Origin: Patescibacteria group bacterium
Lineage (GTDB): Bacteria > Patescibacteriota > Patescibacteriia > UBA9934
NCBI GenBank assembly: GCA_049296775.1
Contig: JBAQTB010000003.1
Span: 270,068-334,067 of the forward strand
Reading direction: 5' to 3'
DNA: 64,000 nt
Position 1 is the stretch's first letter. The number at the start of each line of letters is the position of its first letter. Below are positions 8,694 to 18,206 of the stretch, one piece after another. Under the pieces are notes generated by a model. The model saw only the letters and a list, made by a program, of their open reading frames with translations. It did not search any database and was not told the DNA's origin. Position numbers and translations under genes: made by a program.

Positions 8694-11243
8694 CTATTTC
8701 AAGACATTACGCAAATATTTGCCCGTATGACTATTGGATTTGCGTGCAATGTCCTCTGGCGTGCCTACAGCCACAACAGTACCACCGCCATCGCCGCCTT
8801 CTGGACCCATATCGATCAACCAATCAGCGGTCTTAATCACGTCCAGGTTATGTTCAATAATAACCATACTATTCCCCTTGTCGACTAACTTATGCAGAAC
8901 CTCTAATAGCTGCTTAACATCATCAAAGTGTAAACCGGTAGTCGGTTCATCAAGCAGGTATAACGTACGTCCGGTCTGACGCTTTGATAATTCACTCGCC
9001 AACTTAATGCGCTGCGCCTCACCACCAGACAACGTGGTCGCGGATTGCCCAAGCTTAATGTACGCCAAACCGACCTCGTTCATGGCCTTCAACTTGTCAT
9101 GTACATCCGGCACATCTTTAAAGAACTCGATGCCGGTCTCCACGGTCATATCTAACACATCAGCGATATTCTTGTCCTTGAAAGTTACTTCCAAAGTCTC
9201 ACGGTTAAAGCGCTTGCCCTTACAAATTTCACAAGTTACATACACCGTTGGCAAGAAGTGCATCTCAATCTCAATCACACCGTGACCTTCGCAGTGATCG
9301 CAACGTCCACCTGGCACGTTGAAGCTAAAACGCCCTGGTTTGTAACCACGGAACCTGGCCTCTTCTGTAGCTGAAAAGAGTTCACGAATCGGCATCCAAG
9401 CGCCAGTGTAAGTGGCTGGGTTAGACCGTGAGGTTCGGCCAATGGCTCCCTGGTCAATCAAAATCGCCTTGTCTAAATACTCTAAACCAAGCACAGACTT
9501 ATGCTTACCCGGCTGCTGCTTGCCACCGTACAATTTCTTAGAGATCGCCTTGTACATGACGTCGTAGGCTAAGGTCGATTTGCCCGAACCCGACACGCCA
9601 GTCACACACACAAATTTACGCAATGGGAAATCGACGTCAACATTCTTTAAGTTATTTTCAACCGCACCACGGACCTTAATAGCACCGGCTTCTTTAACAC
9701 GACGCTCGGTGGGTACTTCGATCTTTAAATCTCCGCGCAAATACGCCGCGGTACGTGAATTTTTGTCCTTAAAAATCTCAGGTGTGGATCCCGCCGCAAC
9801 CACGTGGCCGCCGTGCACTCCAGCTCCAGGACCAATTTCTACCATGTAATCAGAACGGCGAATCGTGTCCTCATCATGCTCCACCACCAACACGGTATTC
9901 CCAAGATCACGAAGATGCTCCAAAGTTTCGATTAAACGTTCATTGTCACGCTGATGCAAGCCGATCGTTGGCTCATCGAGGACGTACATGGCGCCCACCA
10001 AGTGTGAACCGATCTGTGACGCTAAACGGATACGCTGCGCTTCACCACCAGACAACGTGCCAGCAGTTCTGTTCAAAGTTAGATAATGCAAGCCCACGTC
10101 CAACATGAAACTCAAACGGTTACTGATCTCTTTCAGCACGGAAGCCGCAATCTCTTGCTGACGTTCGTCTAATTTTAACTCTAGCAAAAACGTGATCGAC
10201 TCATCGACCGACTTATTGGTCACGCCCACAATCGATTCACCGCCAACATAAACATGCAGCGCTTCAGGCCGTAAACGCGCACCATGACACTCCAGACAAG
10301 CATCATCTGAAAATAAATTCAGCGTGCCCAACCCCGAACAAGTCTGACAGGCACCGTACGGACTATTAAACGAGAACAGTCGAGGTTCAATCTCCGGGAA
10401 AGAAAAACCGTCATCAGGACAACTAAATTTTGAAGATAGCAACCGTTCCTCCCCATCCGGAGTTACGATTAACGCCAAATCTCCACCTCTCTCAACTGCC
10501 TGTTCCAAGGCATCGGCCAAGCGTTGACGAGTGTCTTTGTGCATGTCGATCACAGCCGTGGCTGGCAAAGTATCAATCACAACCTCAATGGTGTGTTGTT
10601 TGTACCGTGACAATTCAACCTTTTCACTCAGTCTGTGGAACTTGCCGTCAATTCTCACTTTGGCAAAACCGGCGTTGTAAAGATCGTAAAGTAACTGGTA
10701 GTACTCGCCCTTTCTACCGCGAATTACGGGCGCTAGAATAACGACCTCTGCACCCGTTTTAAGTCGCGGACGGGTCGCGGATCCGTCCCTACCGCCAACA
10801 CCAGGCGCCTGCACATCGCGCTGCACGATGTCGACCATTTCATCAATAGATAACTTTTCGATCTTACGACCGCATTTAATGCAGTGCGGTTCACCAATTC
10901 TGGCGTACAGCACGCGCAAATAATCGTAAATTTCGGTAATGGTAGCAATGGTGGAACGCGGATTTCTGGAATGGGCTTTTTGATCAATGGAAATTGCCGG
11001 AGATAAACCTTCGATCTCATCCACGTCAGGCTTTTGCATGTTGCCCAGAAACTGCCTGGCATATGCCGAGAGCGATTCCACATACCGGCGCTGACCTTCT
11101 GCGAAAATGGTGTCAAAGGCTAACGAGGACTTGCCTGAGCCGGATAAGCCAGTAAAACAAATCAATTTATTCCTAGGGAGTTCTAGGGAAATATTCTTTA
11201 AATTGTGCTCTCTGGCACCTTTGATGACAATTTTATCTTGCAT
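8694..11243 (-). CDS. uvrA: Excinuclease ABC subunit A
   Basis: Two ABC ATPase modules with Walker [24 protein letters not shown] and [11 protein letters not shown], signature LSGGEAQRI twice, and zinc-finger Cys clusters; 849 aa. Confidence 0.9.
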   Translation of the reverse strand: MQDKIVIKGAREHNLKNISLELPRNKLICFTGLSGSGKSSLAFDTIFAEGQRRYVESLSAYARQFLGNMQKPDVDEIEGLSPAISIDQKAHSRNPRSTIATITEIYDYLRVLYARIGEPHCIKCGRKIEKLSIDEMVDIVQRDVQAPGVGGRDGSATRPRLKTGAEVVILAPVIRGRKGEYYQLLYDLYNAGFAKVRIDGKFHRLSEKVELSRYKQHTIEVVIDTLPATAVIDMHKDTRQRLADALEQAVERGGDLALIVTPDGEERLLSSKFSCPDDGFSFPEIEPRLFSFNSPYGACQTCSGLGTLNLFSDDACLECHGARLRPEALHVYVGGESIVGVTNKSVDESITFLLELKLDERQQEIAASVLKEISNRLSFMLDVGLHYLTLNRTAGTLSGGEAQRIRLASQIGSHLVGAMYVLDEPTIGLHQRDNERLIETLEHLRDLGNTVLVVEHDEDTIRRSDYMVEIGPGAGVHGGHVVAAGSTPEIFKDKNSRTAAYLRGDLKIEVPTERRVKEAGAIKVRGAVENNLKNVDVDFPLRKFVCVTGVSGSGKSTLAYDVMYKAISKKLYGGKQQPGKHKSVLGLEYLDKAILIDQGAIGRTSRSNPATYTGAWMPIRELFSATEEARFRGYKPGRFSFNVPGGRCDHCEGHGVIEIEMHFLPTVYVTCEICKGKRFNRETLEVTFKDKNIADVLDMTVETGIEFFKDVPDVHDKLKAMNEVGLAYIKLGQSATTLSGGEAQRIKLASELSKRQTGRTLYLLDEPTTGLHFDDVKQLLEVLHKLVDKGNSMVIIEHNLDVIKTADWLIDMGPEGGDGGGTVVAVGTPEDIARKSNSHTGKYLRNVLK

Positions 11244-11259
11244 ATGTTAGAGTATTGAC

Positions 11260-11784
11260 GTGAAATTGGAGGTCTCCATGCTGAACGAGGAAGAAATTAG
11301 CCTACATGTGAATCGCCATCGACAGGTGTTAATAGACAACATCTTTAGATGGCGTCACCTTTACAGCGGCAGTCCCGCCGAAGTGGAGGCAAGCATACAG
11401 CGGCGTTTAAAAGTAATTGATCTGCTCGCAAGTTTCCATGTTGACGACTTGGTGATGCAGATCTGCAACCCTACCTTTACAGAAGCTGACCTACAATCAC
11501 TCAAAGACCAGGCTATGCAGCTTGGGATGGGCGGTGCCAGTCAACCGGACACTTGCGGACAGGGCGTAGAAGAGCCGAGCATTGACTACAACGCTTACAG
11601 CGAACCACCGAGTGAAGACGATGGCAAAACTATCGTTACTGCTACCGATGCCGATGCCCGTAGCAATGGCGTTGGCCTGCCCATCCTCGACATCCCCAAG
11701 GGATTAGAAATCATGGACAATCCCCAGGAAGAACAAGATAAAGCTTGGTGGCCAAAGAGGATCTGGAACAAGCTCACCCGTTAG
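11260..11784 (+). CDS. Hypothetical acidic protein (between uvrA and uvrB, opposite strand)
   Basis: 174 aa ORF filling the gap; 4-nt convergent overlap with the uvrB stop; no known domain. Confidence 0.4.
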   Translation: MKLEVSMLNEEEISLHVNRHRQVLIDNIFRWRHLYSGSPAEVEASIQRRLKVIDLLASFHVDDLVMQICNPTFTEADLQSLKDQAMQLGMGGASQPDTCGQGVEEPSIDYNAYSEPPSEDDGKTIVTATDADARSNGVGLPILDIPKGLEIMDNPQEEQDKAWWPKRIWNKLTR

Positions 11785-13919
11785 AGTGGCGTCTTGCCAC
11801 TCCGTCGCCCGGTTCTCCGTTTCTTGGGGACCGGGCTTCCTTTTTTCTGTGCTAACTCGTTTTCTAGCAAGATAATCTCATCACGCAGAATAGCCGCCGT
11901 CTCGTAGAGCAAGTTACCGGCCGCGTCTTTCATCTCGCGTTTCTTGTCTTGAATAACCTCCTCCAACTCTTTGGGACTAGCACTAATTTCGATATTGAGA
12001 ATCTTCTTGGTCTCAGCCTCACTGGTAGCACCGAGCATGGCACGAATGTCTGAAATTTTCTTGCTAATCGTCACCGGCGTAATGCCGTGCGCCTCATTGT
12101 GGGCTAATTGAATCACGCGGCGACGAGCCGTTTCTTTCAGAGCCCGATCCAACGAACCGGTCATATGATCGGCGTACAGCACCACTAAGCCGTTAATGTT
12201 ACGCGCGGCACGACCGATAGTCTGAATCAAGGAAGTTTCTGAGCGCAAGAAACCTTCTTTATCGGCATCCAGAATACCGATCAACGAAACCTCAGGCAAG
12301 TCCAAACCTTCACGTAATAAGTTCACACCCACCAAAACATCGTAAACACCGCGTCTGAGATCGGAAAGAATGGTGATTCTGTCTAAAGTCTCAACGTCAG
12401 AGTGCAAATATGCCACCTTCATGCCGTCCTCCTTCAGATAGCCAGCCAAATCTTCCGCCATTTTCTTGGTCAAAGTCGTAATCAACGCACGCTCGCCATC
12501 CGCAACGCGTTCCTTAATCCGCGCAATAATGTCCTTAACCTGGCCAGGATAGTCAGTCGGTAATTTGTAATCACTGGATTGCAAAGTAAACTCCCCCGTC
12601 AGCGCAGCTGCCGGCGAGACCGGTAGCACTAAAGTTTCTGGGTCCACCAAACCGGTCGGACGAATAATTTGCTCCACGATTTTATCTGAAACTTCCCGCT
12701 CGTACGGCCCAGGCGTGGCCGAAACCATCACCATTTGGCCGACATTTTGAATGAACTCATCAAATTTCAGCGGACGATTATCTTTGGCAGACGGCAAACG
12801 GAAACCGTGCTCCACTAAAGTTTGTTTACGTGCTTGATCGCCAGCGAACATACCGCCGATTTGCGGCAAAGTCACGTGTGATTCATCAATAACCGTCAAG
12901 TAATCCTCTGGGAAGTATGACAGCAGAGAAAACGGTGGCTCGCCTGGAGCGCGGCCGTCAAAGTGACGAGAATAGTTCTCAATCCCGTTACAGAAACCGA
13001 TATTTCTAATCATCTCGATGTCATACCGTGTACGGCGCGATAACCGCTCGTACTCCAGCAGCTTACCTTCACCGTCTAACTCAGCTAAACGCAGCTTCAG
13101 TTCAAGCTCCATGTCTTGCAAGGCACGCTCGCGGTCTGCCGGCGAGGTCATAAAGTGCTTAGCCGGAAACAGCCACATGTCTGGAACGTTTTCCAAGATC
13201 TCCCTAGTAATGGCATCTAATCTAAAAATCTCAGACACTTGCTCACCATCCAAAATGACCCGGTACAACACCTCTTCATTAACCGGCATGATTTCGATCA
13301 CGTCACCGCGAGCCCGGAATTGACCCCGCGTGATATCGGCCGTGGTGCGAGTGAATTGCATGTCGATCATGCGCCGAATCAAATCATCCCGACGCATGCG
13401 CTCCTTGGCGACCACATGCATGACGACTTTTTGATATTCGAGCGGTGAACCCAAACCGTAAATACATGAGACTGACGCCACAATAATGACATCCTTACGA
13501 GTGAGAAGGGCCTGAGTGGCAGCATGGCGCAAGCGATCGATCTCTTGGTTAATCGTCGCTTCTTTTTCAATGTACGTATCCGTCCGCGGCAAATAAGCTT
13601 CCGGCTGGTAATAATCGTAATATGACACGAAATACTCCACCACATTATCTGGGAAAAATTCTCTAAACTCATTACACAGCTGTGCGGCCAAAGTTTTATT
13701 GTGCGCAATCACTAAAGTTGGCCGTTGCACATTCTGAATGACATTGGCCATGGTAAACGTCTTACCCGAACCAGTCACACCTAATAAAGTTTGGCGACCT
13801 AAACCGTCCCGCAAGCCTTGCGTGAGTTCTGCGATCGCTTTGGGCTGATCACCAGCCGGAGCGTAGTCGGAGTGAAGTTTAAACGGCATAAAATCAGGAT
13901 TGAATACCAATGTCCCCAA
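11781..13919 (-). CDS. uvrB: Excinuclease ABC subunit B
   Basis: Helicase motif I GVTGSGKTFTMANVI and following helicase motifs; conserved beta-hairpin region; 712 aa. Confidence 0.9.
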   Translation of the reverse strand: MGTLVFNPDFMPFKLHSDYAPAGDQPKAIAELTQGLRDGLGRQTLLGVTGSGKTFTMANVIQNVQRPTLVIAHNKTLAAQLCNEFREFFPDNVVEYFVSYYDYYQPEAYLPRTDTYIEKEATINQEIDRLRHAATQALLTRKDVIIVASVSCIYGLGSPLEYQKVVMHVVAKERMRRDDLIRRMIDMQFTRTTADITRGQFRARGDVIEIMPVNEEVLYRVILDGEQVSEIFRLDAITREILENVPDMWLFPAKHFMTSPADRERALQDMELELKLRLAELDGEGKLLEYERLSRRTRYDIEMIRNIGFCNGIENYSRHFDGRAPGEPPFSLLSYFPEDYLTVIDESHVTLPQIGGMFAGDQARKQTLVEHGFRLPSAKDNRPLKFDEFIQNVGQMVMVSATPGPYEREVSDKIVEQIIRPTGLVDPETLVLPVSPAAALTGEFTLQSSDYKLPTDYPGQVKDIIARIKERVADGERALITTLTKKMAEDLAGYLKEDGMKVAYLHSDVETLDRITILSDLRRGVYDVLVGVNLLREGLDLPEVSLIGILDADKEGFLRSETSLIQTIGRAARNINGLVVLYADHMTGSLDRALKETARRRVIQLAHNEAHGITPVTISKKISDIRAMLGATSEAETKKILNIEISASPKELEEVIQDKKREMKDAAGNLLYETAAILRDEIILLENELAQKKGSPVPKKRRTGRRSGKTPL

Positions 13920-14014
13920 GAGTTGTGACTCTAGGGGTATGTTCGTATTTTGTACGGTTAGGATATCACGAACCTAAAGCGCCTTCAAGGGATGTCCACA
14001 ACTCCCGGTCAGAG

Positions 14015-14043
14015 TTGACAATTTCCCTATTCCTAGCTAATAT
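14015..14043 (+). promoter_or_regulatory. Strong sigma70-like promoter TTGACA-17-TAATAT for 14101 gene
   Basis: Consensus -35 at 14015-14020 and -10 at 14038-14043; core nearly identical to the promoter at 14636. Confidence 0.5.
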
Positions 14044-14100
14044 CCCACAGCTTTTACCGTAGAAGCTCTGTTCAACACCCCACCGAGTGAGAAATACCAG

Positions 14101-14553
14101 ATGCAGCTCGTAGAACTCGTCGCCCTCATGCGTGACCACAAGGCCGCCCAACCGGTCGTTACGGCAGCCGTCAAAACACTGCCCTTGCCCATCACATCGT
14201 GCCTGCACGTCGCCGTACGTGTCGCCGACGTGCTGGTAGAAAATCGCTCCAGCACGAGCGAGATCGAGCTCATCACCTGGGTGGTAAAAGCTGATCACGG
14301 AGAGACCGCCAAACTCCGTCTACTCATGGCGGCGACGCTGTTTGAACAGCTCCAAAGCGAATTGCTGACTCCAGGTCGAACCCGGAAATTCTGCGAAAAG
14401 GTCATCGAACACTACTTCGAACACCGCAGTGAAAAACTGGACGTGCCGCTCCTCGAACTACACAAATGGGTCTTGTCACCTGACGAGATCAAGTCACTCG
14501 AACGTGACGGCATCGCCGCGTTCGAACAGCAATATCTCCTGCAAGCTGCCTAG
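14101..14553 (+). CDS. Hypothetical protein
   Basis: 150 aa ORF with its own consensus promoter and downstream terminator hairpin; preferred over overlapping antisense ORF 13966..14298. Confidence 0.5.
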   Translation: MQLVELVALMRDHKAAQPVVTAAVKTLPLPITSCLHVAVRVADVLVENRSSTSEIELITWVVKADHGETAKLRLLMAATLFEQLQSELLTPGRTRKFCEKVIEHYFEHRSEKLDVPLLELHKWVLSPDEIKSLERDGIAAFEQQYLLQAA

Positions 14554-14565
14554 AAGGTAGCAGCA

Positions 14566-14602
14566 AGGAGATCGTGGACCCCAAGCCAACTGGCGACGGG
14601 GT
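14566..14602 (+). terminator. Rho-independent terminator
   Basis: GACCCC..GGGGTC stem followed by TTTTTTATT. Confidence 0.5.
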
Positions 14603-14635
14603 CTTTTTTATTGCATAAAGACCAGTTTCACTGTC

Positions 14636-14664
14636 TTGACAATTTGGCTTAAATTAGCTAGTAT
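14636..14664 (+). promoter_or_regulatory. Strong sigma70-like promoter TTGACA-17-TAGTAT for 14697 gene
   Basis: Hexamers at 14636-14641 / 14659-14664; shares TTGACAATTT..TAGCTA.TATCCC with the promoter at 14015. Confidence 0.5.
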
Positions 14665-14696
14665 CCCGTGGCCATACTGGCCATTGGGGGTAGCTA

Positions 14697-15122
14697 ATGC
14701 AGGATATCGATGATACCCAGGTAATCGATCGTGAAAGCCTACAAACGAGGCTCAACAAACTGAAGAGTACGCCTCGATCGCTGAACGATGTCGAAACGCT
14801 GATCGCTGGCGTGACGACCAATTCCGGATACACATTCAAAAGCGAAACCAGCCTACAAATTTGGTGCGACTGTGCGCCAAGTTACAGAATGGCGGTAGAC
14901 CGCACCCGCGTAGTGCGAACACTGATCGCTCGGATGACCGTCTCAGACTCAAAGGTCAACGAGCTGGCCGACAAGCTGCTCGCGCAAACGAGCGGCAAAC
15001 ACAACGCACGTCAAGTGCGTGGACTCGATGAACTCAAAACAGAGAGCGACAAACAAGTCCTCTCCGATCTTGAACTCGAGCATCTCACCCTGAAAAATGA
15101 GCTTTGGCTCTTGCGGGACTGA
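14697..15122 (+). CDS. Hypothetical protein
   Basis: 141 aa ORF with own promoter and terminator; no recognisable domain. Confidence 0.5.
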   Translation: MQDIDDTQVIDRESLQTRLNKLKSTPRSLNDVETLIAGVTTNSGYTFKSETSLQIWCDCAPSYRMAVDRTRVVRTLIARMTVSDSKVNELADKLLAQTSGKHNARQVRGLDELKTESDKQVLSDLELEHLTLKNELWLLRD

Positions 15123-15146
15123 ACCCGCGTCCCCAGCTCATCTCAA

Positions 15147-15177
15147 GACCCCGGCTCGCAACTGCGAGACCGGGGTC
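15147..15177. terminator. Bidirectional terminator hairpin between convergent genes
   Basis: GACCCCGGCTCGC-AACT-GCGAGACCGGGGTC, ~13-bp stem with one bulge. Confidence 0.5.
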
Positions 15178-15186
15178 GAATTTTAT

Positions 15187-15729
15187 CTATTTAGTCGCAT
15201 CTTCAATCACGTCCAGGGCACCAGCCGGAACTTTAGTGCGCCAAGCGGCATCGTGTTTCTGAATTAACGCCCGAATCTCCTCACCAACAATCCCTGGCAC
15301 ATGCACAATTTTCTTGGTCGCAATACCTTTAGCCTCAAAGATGGCACGCACTTGGTCATTACCACTCCAGACCATAGCTTCACTTGGATTACCCGCGGCA
15401 TCCAAAACATACTGGGCCCAAGCGTCATCTGATGCTGCATCTTTAACAACCGCGATAGTCACGTCCAGAATATCAACCGCTAACAAAGCCGCCCCAATCA
15501 TGTCACGGCGTTGATCTAGGCTAAATGTAACAACCCCCTCTATCTCCCCCTTATCCAGGGGGGAGGGCAAGGTGAGCGAAGGGGTCTCGCAAATCACTAC
15601 CACCACTTGATCGGACAGCTTCACCATCCCCTGGATGACCATTAAGTGACCGTTATGAAAAGGCTGAAAGCTGCCTGGAAAAATAATCGTCGCCATAGCT
15701 ATATCAAGTTTAATTATTCTGTCTGCCAA
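15187..15729 (-). CDS. Archaeal-type nicotinamide-nucleotide adenylyltransferase (cytidylyltransferase fold) with in-frame repeat insertion
   Basis: N-terminal GSFQPFHNGH matches the GRFQPFHKGH motif of archaeal NMNAT; 180 aa; contains the G/C-heptamer element. Confidence 0.7.
   Translation of the reverse strand: MADRIIKLDIAMATIIFPGSFQPFHNGHLMVIQGMVKLSDQVVVVICETPSLTLPSPLDKGEIEGVVTFSLDQRRDMIGAALLAVDILDVTIAVVKDAASDDAWAQYVLDAAGNPSEAMVWSGNDQVRAIFEAKGIATKKIVHVPGIVGEEIRALIQKHDAAWRTKVPAGALDVIEDATK
15534..15588. repeat. Second copy of G/C-heptamer palindromic element (CCCCCTC..CTCCCCC-N7-GGGGGGAG) embedded in-frame in the NMNAT gene
   Basis: Heptamers at 15534-15540, 15544-15550, 15558-15565; encodes TPSLTLPSPLDKGEIEG. 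Confidence 0.6.
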
Positions 15730-16643
15730 TCAAGTAAATGTTCACGCGTGGTGGATGGTAATTGGAATGAACGCATGAGATCGTTCAATTGGAGCGGCGG
15801 TACATCGATCTTGGACATGTCATTCACCCCCAAACCCGCCTCCGCCAACAGCTCTAAGTAACCCAGACCATGCGGATCCAAGCCCATGAGAGTCGCCGCT
15901 ACCGCGTCCACTGCCACGGCGTCATAACCTGATAAAGCCAGGCCCATCGCCACCGGACTCCCCTCCACCGGCCCAGAGCCTTCCATGGCTAACACGCCGT
16001 CGATAATCGCCACGTCACACGCCTTCTGCGTATACAAAAACGCCAAGAGCTCATGCATCATGCGCGGTCCACCCACCGACAACCACGGGTAACGCGACCA
16101 CACCCGTCCCTGCACCGTTACGCGTGGCGGCACCAACATAGTTCCTTCTGCCCAATTGCTCACAGCCAAAGCCGCACCGTAATCCTTATGGGTCTTCAGG
16201 TTTGTGATCGAAATAGTTAAATCAGCCTCCATGACGACCTTGGGACGACGCAACACCGATTGGTTACCGCTAACGCTCACAAAAGTCTGCTCAACATAAT
16301 CCTCGTCCTGTAGATCAAGTAATTTTAGATCGGAAAACTGTTCCGGCAAACGTTCGTAGCCAAAATTCCTAAAGGCCGCCTTAGTCCCAAAATGAGCCGC
16401 ATCACCCACAATCACCGGCGCCTTGGTATACATGCGGATCACATCCAGCAAGCCCCGCACGGCATCAACGTGCACCGCGGCTAATTGCAACTCGTAATGG
16501 ACTAAATCGGGCTTAATCAGAATTAATTTTGCAAGCTTTAACTTGTCTACAAAAGACTGCCCAAGAGCCTCAACTGACTCCCGCACAACCTTACGACGAT
16601 TCTCACCCTGGATGATATTTACCTTAGTCATACAATGATCCAA
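15714..16643 (-). CDS. DUF362 domain protein
   Basis: 309 aa; motifs KPDLV, ITNLKTH and DGVLAMEGSGP are typical of the DUF362 family; 16-nt overlap with the NMNAT start. Confidence 0.6.
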   Translation of the reverse strand: MDHCMTKVNIIQGENRRKVVRESVEALGQSFVDKLKLAKLILIKPDLVHYELQLAAVHVDAVRGLLDVIRMYTKAPVIVGDAAHFGTKAAFRNFGYERLPEQFSDLKLLDLQDEDYVEQTFVSVSGNQSVLRRPKVVMEADLTISITNLKTHKDYGAALAVSNWAEGTMLVPPRVTVQGRVWSRYPWLSVGGPRMMHELLAFLYTQKACDVAIIDGVLAMEGSGPVEGSPVAMGLALSGYDAVAVDAVAATLMGLDPHGLGYLELLAEAGLGVNDMSKIDVPPLQLNDLMRSFQLPSTTREHLLDWQTE

Positions 16644-16763
16644 GAATACCTTAACCGTTTAAAAAGTGCCATTCTACCTCAAGCAAACCAGTTGGTTTGC
16701 AGAAATCAAGAATTTGCGCTATTTTACCTCCGCAATCCCATCAGAGTTTACACAAATTAGCCC

Positions 16764-16837
16764 TCCGAGATCGTCTAATGGCAGGACAGCGGCCTTTGAA
16801 GCCGTGAATCTTGGTTCGATCCCAAGTCTCGGAACCA
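16764..16837 (+). tRNA. tRNA-Gln (anticodon UUG)
   Basis: Hand-folded cloverleaf: acceptor TCCGAGA/TCTCGGA, D-stem GTCT/GGAC, anticodon stem GCGGC/GCCGT with loop CTTTGAA, T-arm CTTGG-TTCGATC-CCAAG, discriminator A, encoded CCA; 74 nt. Confidence 0.85.
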
Positions 16838-16894
16838 TGAAGTAGAAACCCAACCGGTTTCTATTTTTTGTTTACCGGTGGGTTTCACTTCATG
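16836..16894 (+). terminator. Long near-perfect hairpin (~21-bp stem, T-rich loop) immediately 3' of tRNA-Gln
   Basis: CATGAAGTAGAAACCCAACCGGT ... ACCGGTGGGTTTCACTTCATG; a 21-bp stem with one mismatch and one bulge; starts inside the tRNA CCA. Confidence 0.55.
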
Positions 16895-17083
16895 GTTACA
16901 CCTTAAGCTAAATGCTAAAAATGGGTGGTCTTGTCCTGAACCATTGCAGGGATTTGAATAGCTATATATAAAATGTTCCACAATAATGAGCTGAGTAGAA
17001 ACAAATCGATAATCTGTCTTCAGCAATGAAGCTAAATTTTTGGCTTGTTCATTACTCTAATATTAATGTAAAGTGTTATTGAT

Positions 17084-17539
17084 ATGTCTGATAAATACGT
17101 TTATAATTTAATTTTCCCTGATCATGTAGACGAGTTTAAGATCGGTGATTATACGTTTAGGCGGACAGCCGACTACGTACACCGCGTCGATCAGATGCAA
17201 CACTTAATCAATGTCACGGGAACCGAGCATTCATTCAGTACTCAGACAGGCACGCATGCACTTACGGCTACAGTACATATTCCTGCCGATGAAAAGCCTG
17301 GAACATTATCCTGGTCCGAAAAAATTCCCAACGCGACACAGCTTCTTGACATCCTATTGCTACTCACTCTATTTACCAAACATAATGTTTTTGCTGAGGA
17401 TGAGGCAATATCACCAGATGTACCGATCATTCAGGATCACCGTTCCCATGCTTACGGTAATGAACTTCGATTGGCACTACCAAGCGACCTGCATGGAGAC
17501 ATAAAGCAACGCGCGTTATATTGGGTGACAGCGAGATGA
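17084..17539 (+). CDS. Hypothetical protein, first gene of AT-rich two-gene module
   Basis: 151 aa; AT-rich relative to its flanks; stop TGA overlaps the ATG of the next gene (ATGA). Confidence 0.5.
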   Translation: MSDKYVYNLIFPDHVDEFKIGDYTFRRTADYVHRVDQMQHLINVTGTEHSFSTQTGTHALTATVHIPADEKPGTLSWSEKIPNATQLLDILLLLTLFTKHNVFAEDEAISPDVPIIQDHRSHAYGNELRLALPSDLHGDIKQRALYWVTAR

Positions 17540-18054
17540 ATTGGCAGCAAATATCAAAATACCATCGTGTAGATCTTGGATTTGAAAAAAATCTTAATCT
17601 AGTGCTAGAGACGATTGAGGATCCTACATGGAGAAATAAATATGATCGTGGTTATTTTCTATTCTTGATTCGGGATGTTTTGCAGCGGCAAATTATTGAG
17701 AAGGCCTTTTTAACATCGTGGACGATCTGGGAACAAATTTTTGCGCTCGAGAATACAAGTTGGTTGTCAGAAGATGAGATCTTTCGTATGAGCGGAGACC
17801 GGAAGATCGCCTATGGCCTAACGACCTACTTCGACGTTAAGCTCACAAAAGTGGGTTGGAAAAACGTAAAACGAATGACGCGCTCTCGGAATCGTTTGAC
17901 TCATTACGGAAAAATTGGTGACGTATCAATCAAGGAAAAACGAATGTTCATTGAATTGACGGAGCAACTAGTCGCTAAAACGTTAGGATTGACACCGTCC
18001 AACGCGTTAAATACACGAGAATACGTTGAGGAATTTCTGGCAAAGACTGATTAG
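17536..18054 (+). CDS. Hypothetical protein with HEPN-like R-x4-6-H motif (RSRNRLTHYG)
   Basis: 172 aa from ATG 17536 (the ORF track starts at TTG 17521); predicted helical; the Rx4-6H motif is in the position typical of HEPN/Abi-type RNase domains; translationally coupled to the upstream gene. Confidence 0.45.
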   Translation: MNWQQISKYHRVDLGFEKNLNLVLETIEDPTWRNKYDRGYFLFLIRDVLQRQIIEKAFLTSWTIWEQIFALENTSWLSEDEIFRMSGDRKIAYGLTTYFDVKLTKVGWKNVKRMTRSRNRLTHYGKIGDVSIKEKRMFIELTEQLVAKTLGLTPSNALNTREYVEEFLAKTD

Positions 18055-18206
18055 AGATTTTGTGAGTTACTTTCTCGTGTACCGAAAAGAACTTTTGTCA
18101 ACAAACTCAGATAATCAAATAAATCAAAAATTATGAGATTCTCAAAAGTAGGCAGGTGACAGGAATTAGCCTACAATGAGTGATAAATTGTTTAGACAGT
18201 ATAAAT

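Noticed and set aside
13966-14298. 110-aa minus-strand ORF (and nested 14037..14276 ORF) overlapping the 14101 gene
   Set aside because: It lies across the consensus plus-strand promoter at 14015-14043 and the 5' end of the plus-strand gene, which has its own promoter and terminator. It is probably a spurious antisense ORF.
16775-17026. 83-aa minus-strand ORF near tRNA-Gln, and 33115..33393 ORF over tRNA-Trp
   Set aside because: Both overlap confidently folded tRNA genes and their terminator hairpins, so they are spurious.
17211-17504. Alternative-frame ORFs inside the first gene of the tRNA-Gln island
   Set aside because: The longer 17084..17539 frame is coupled by ATGA to the next gene, and the nested frames have no independent support.
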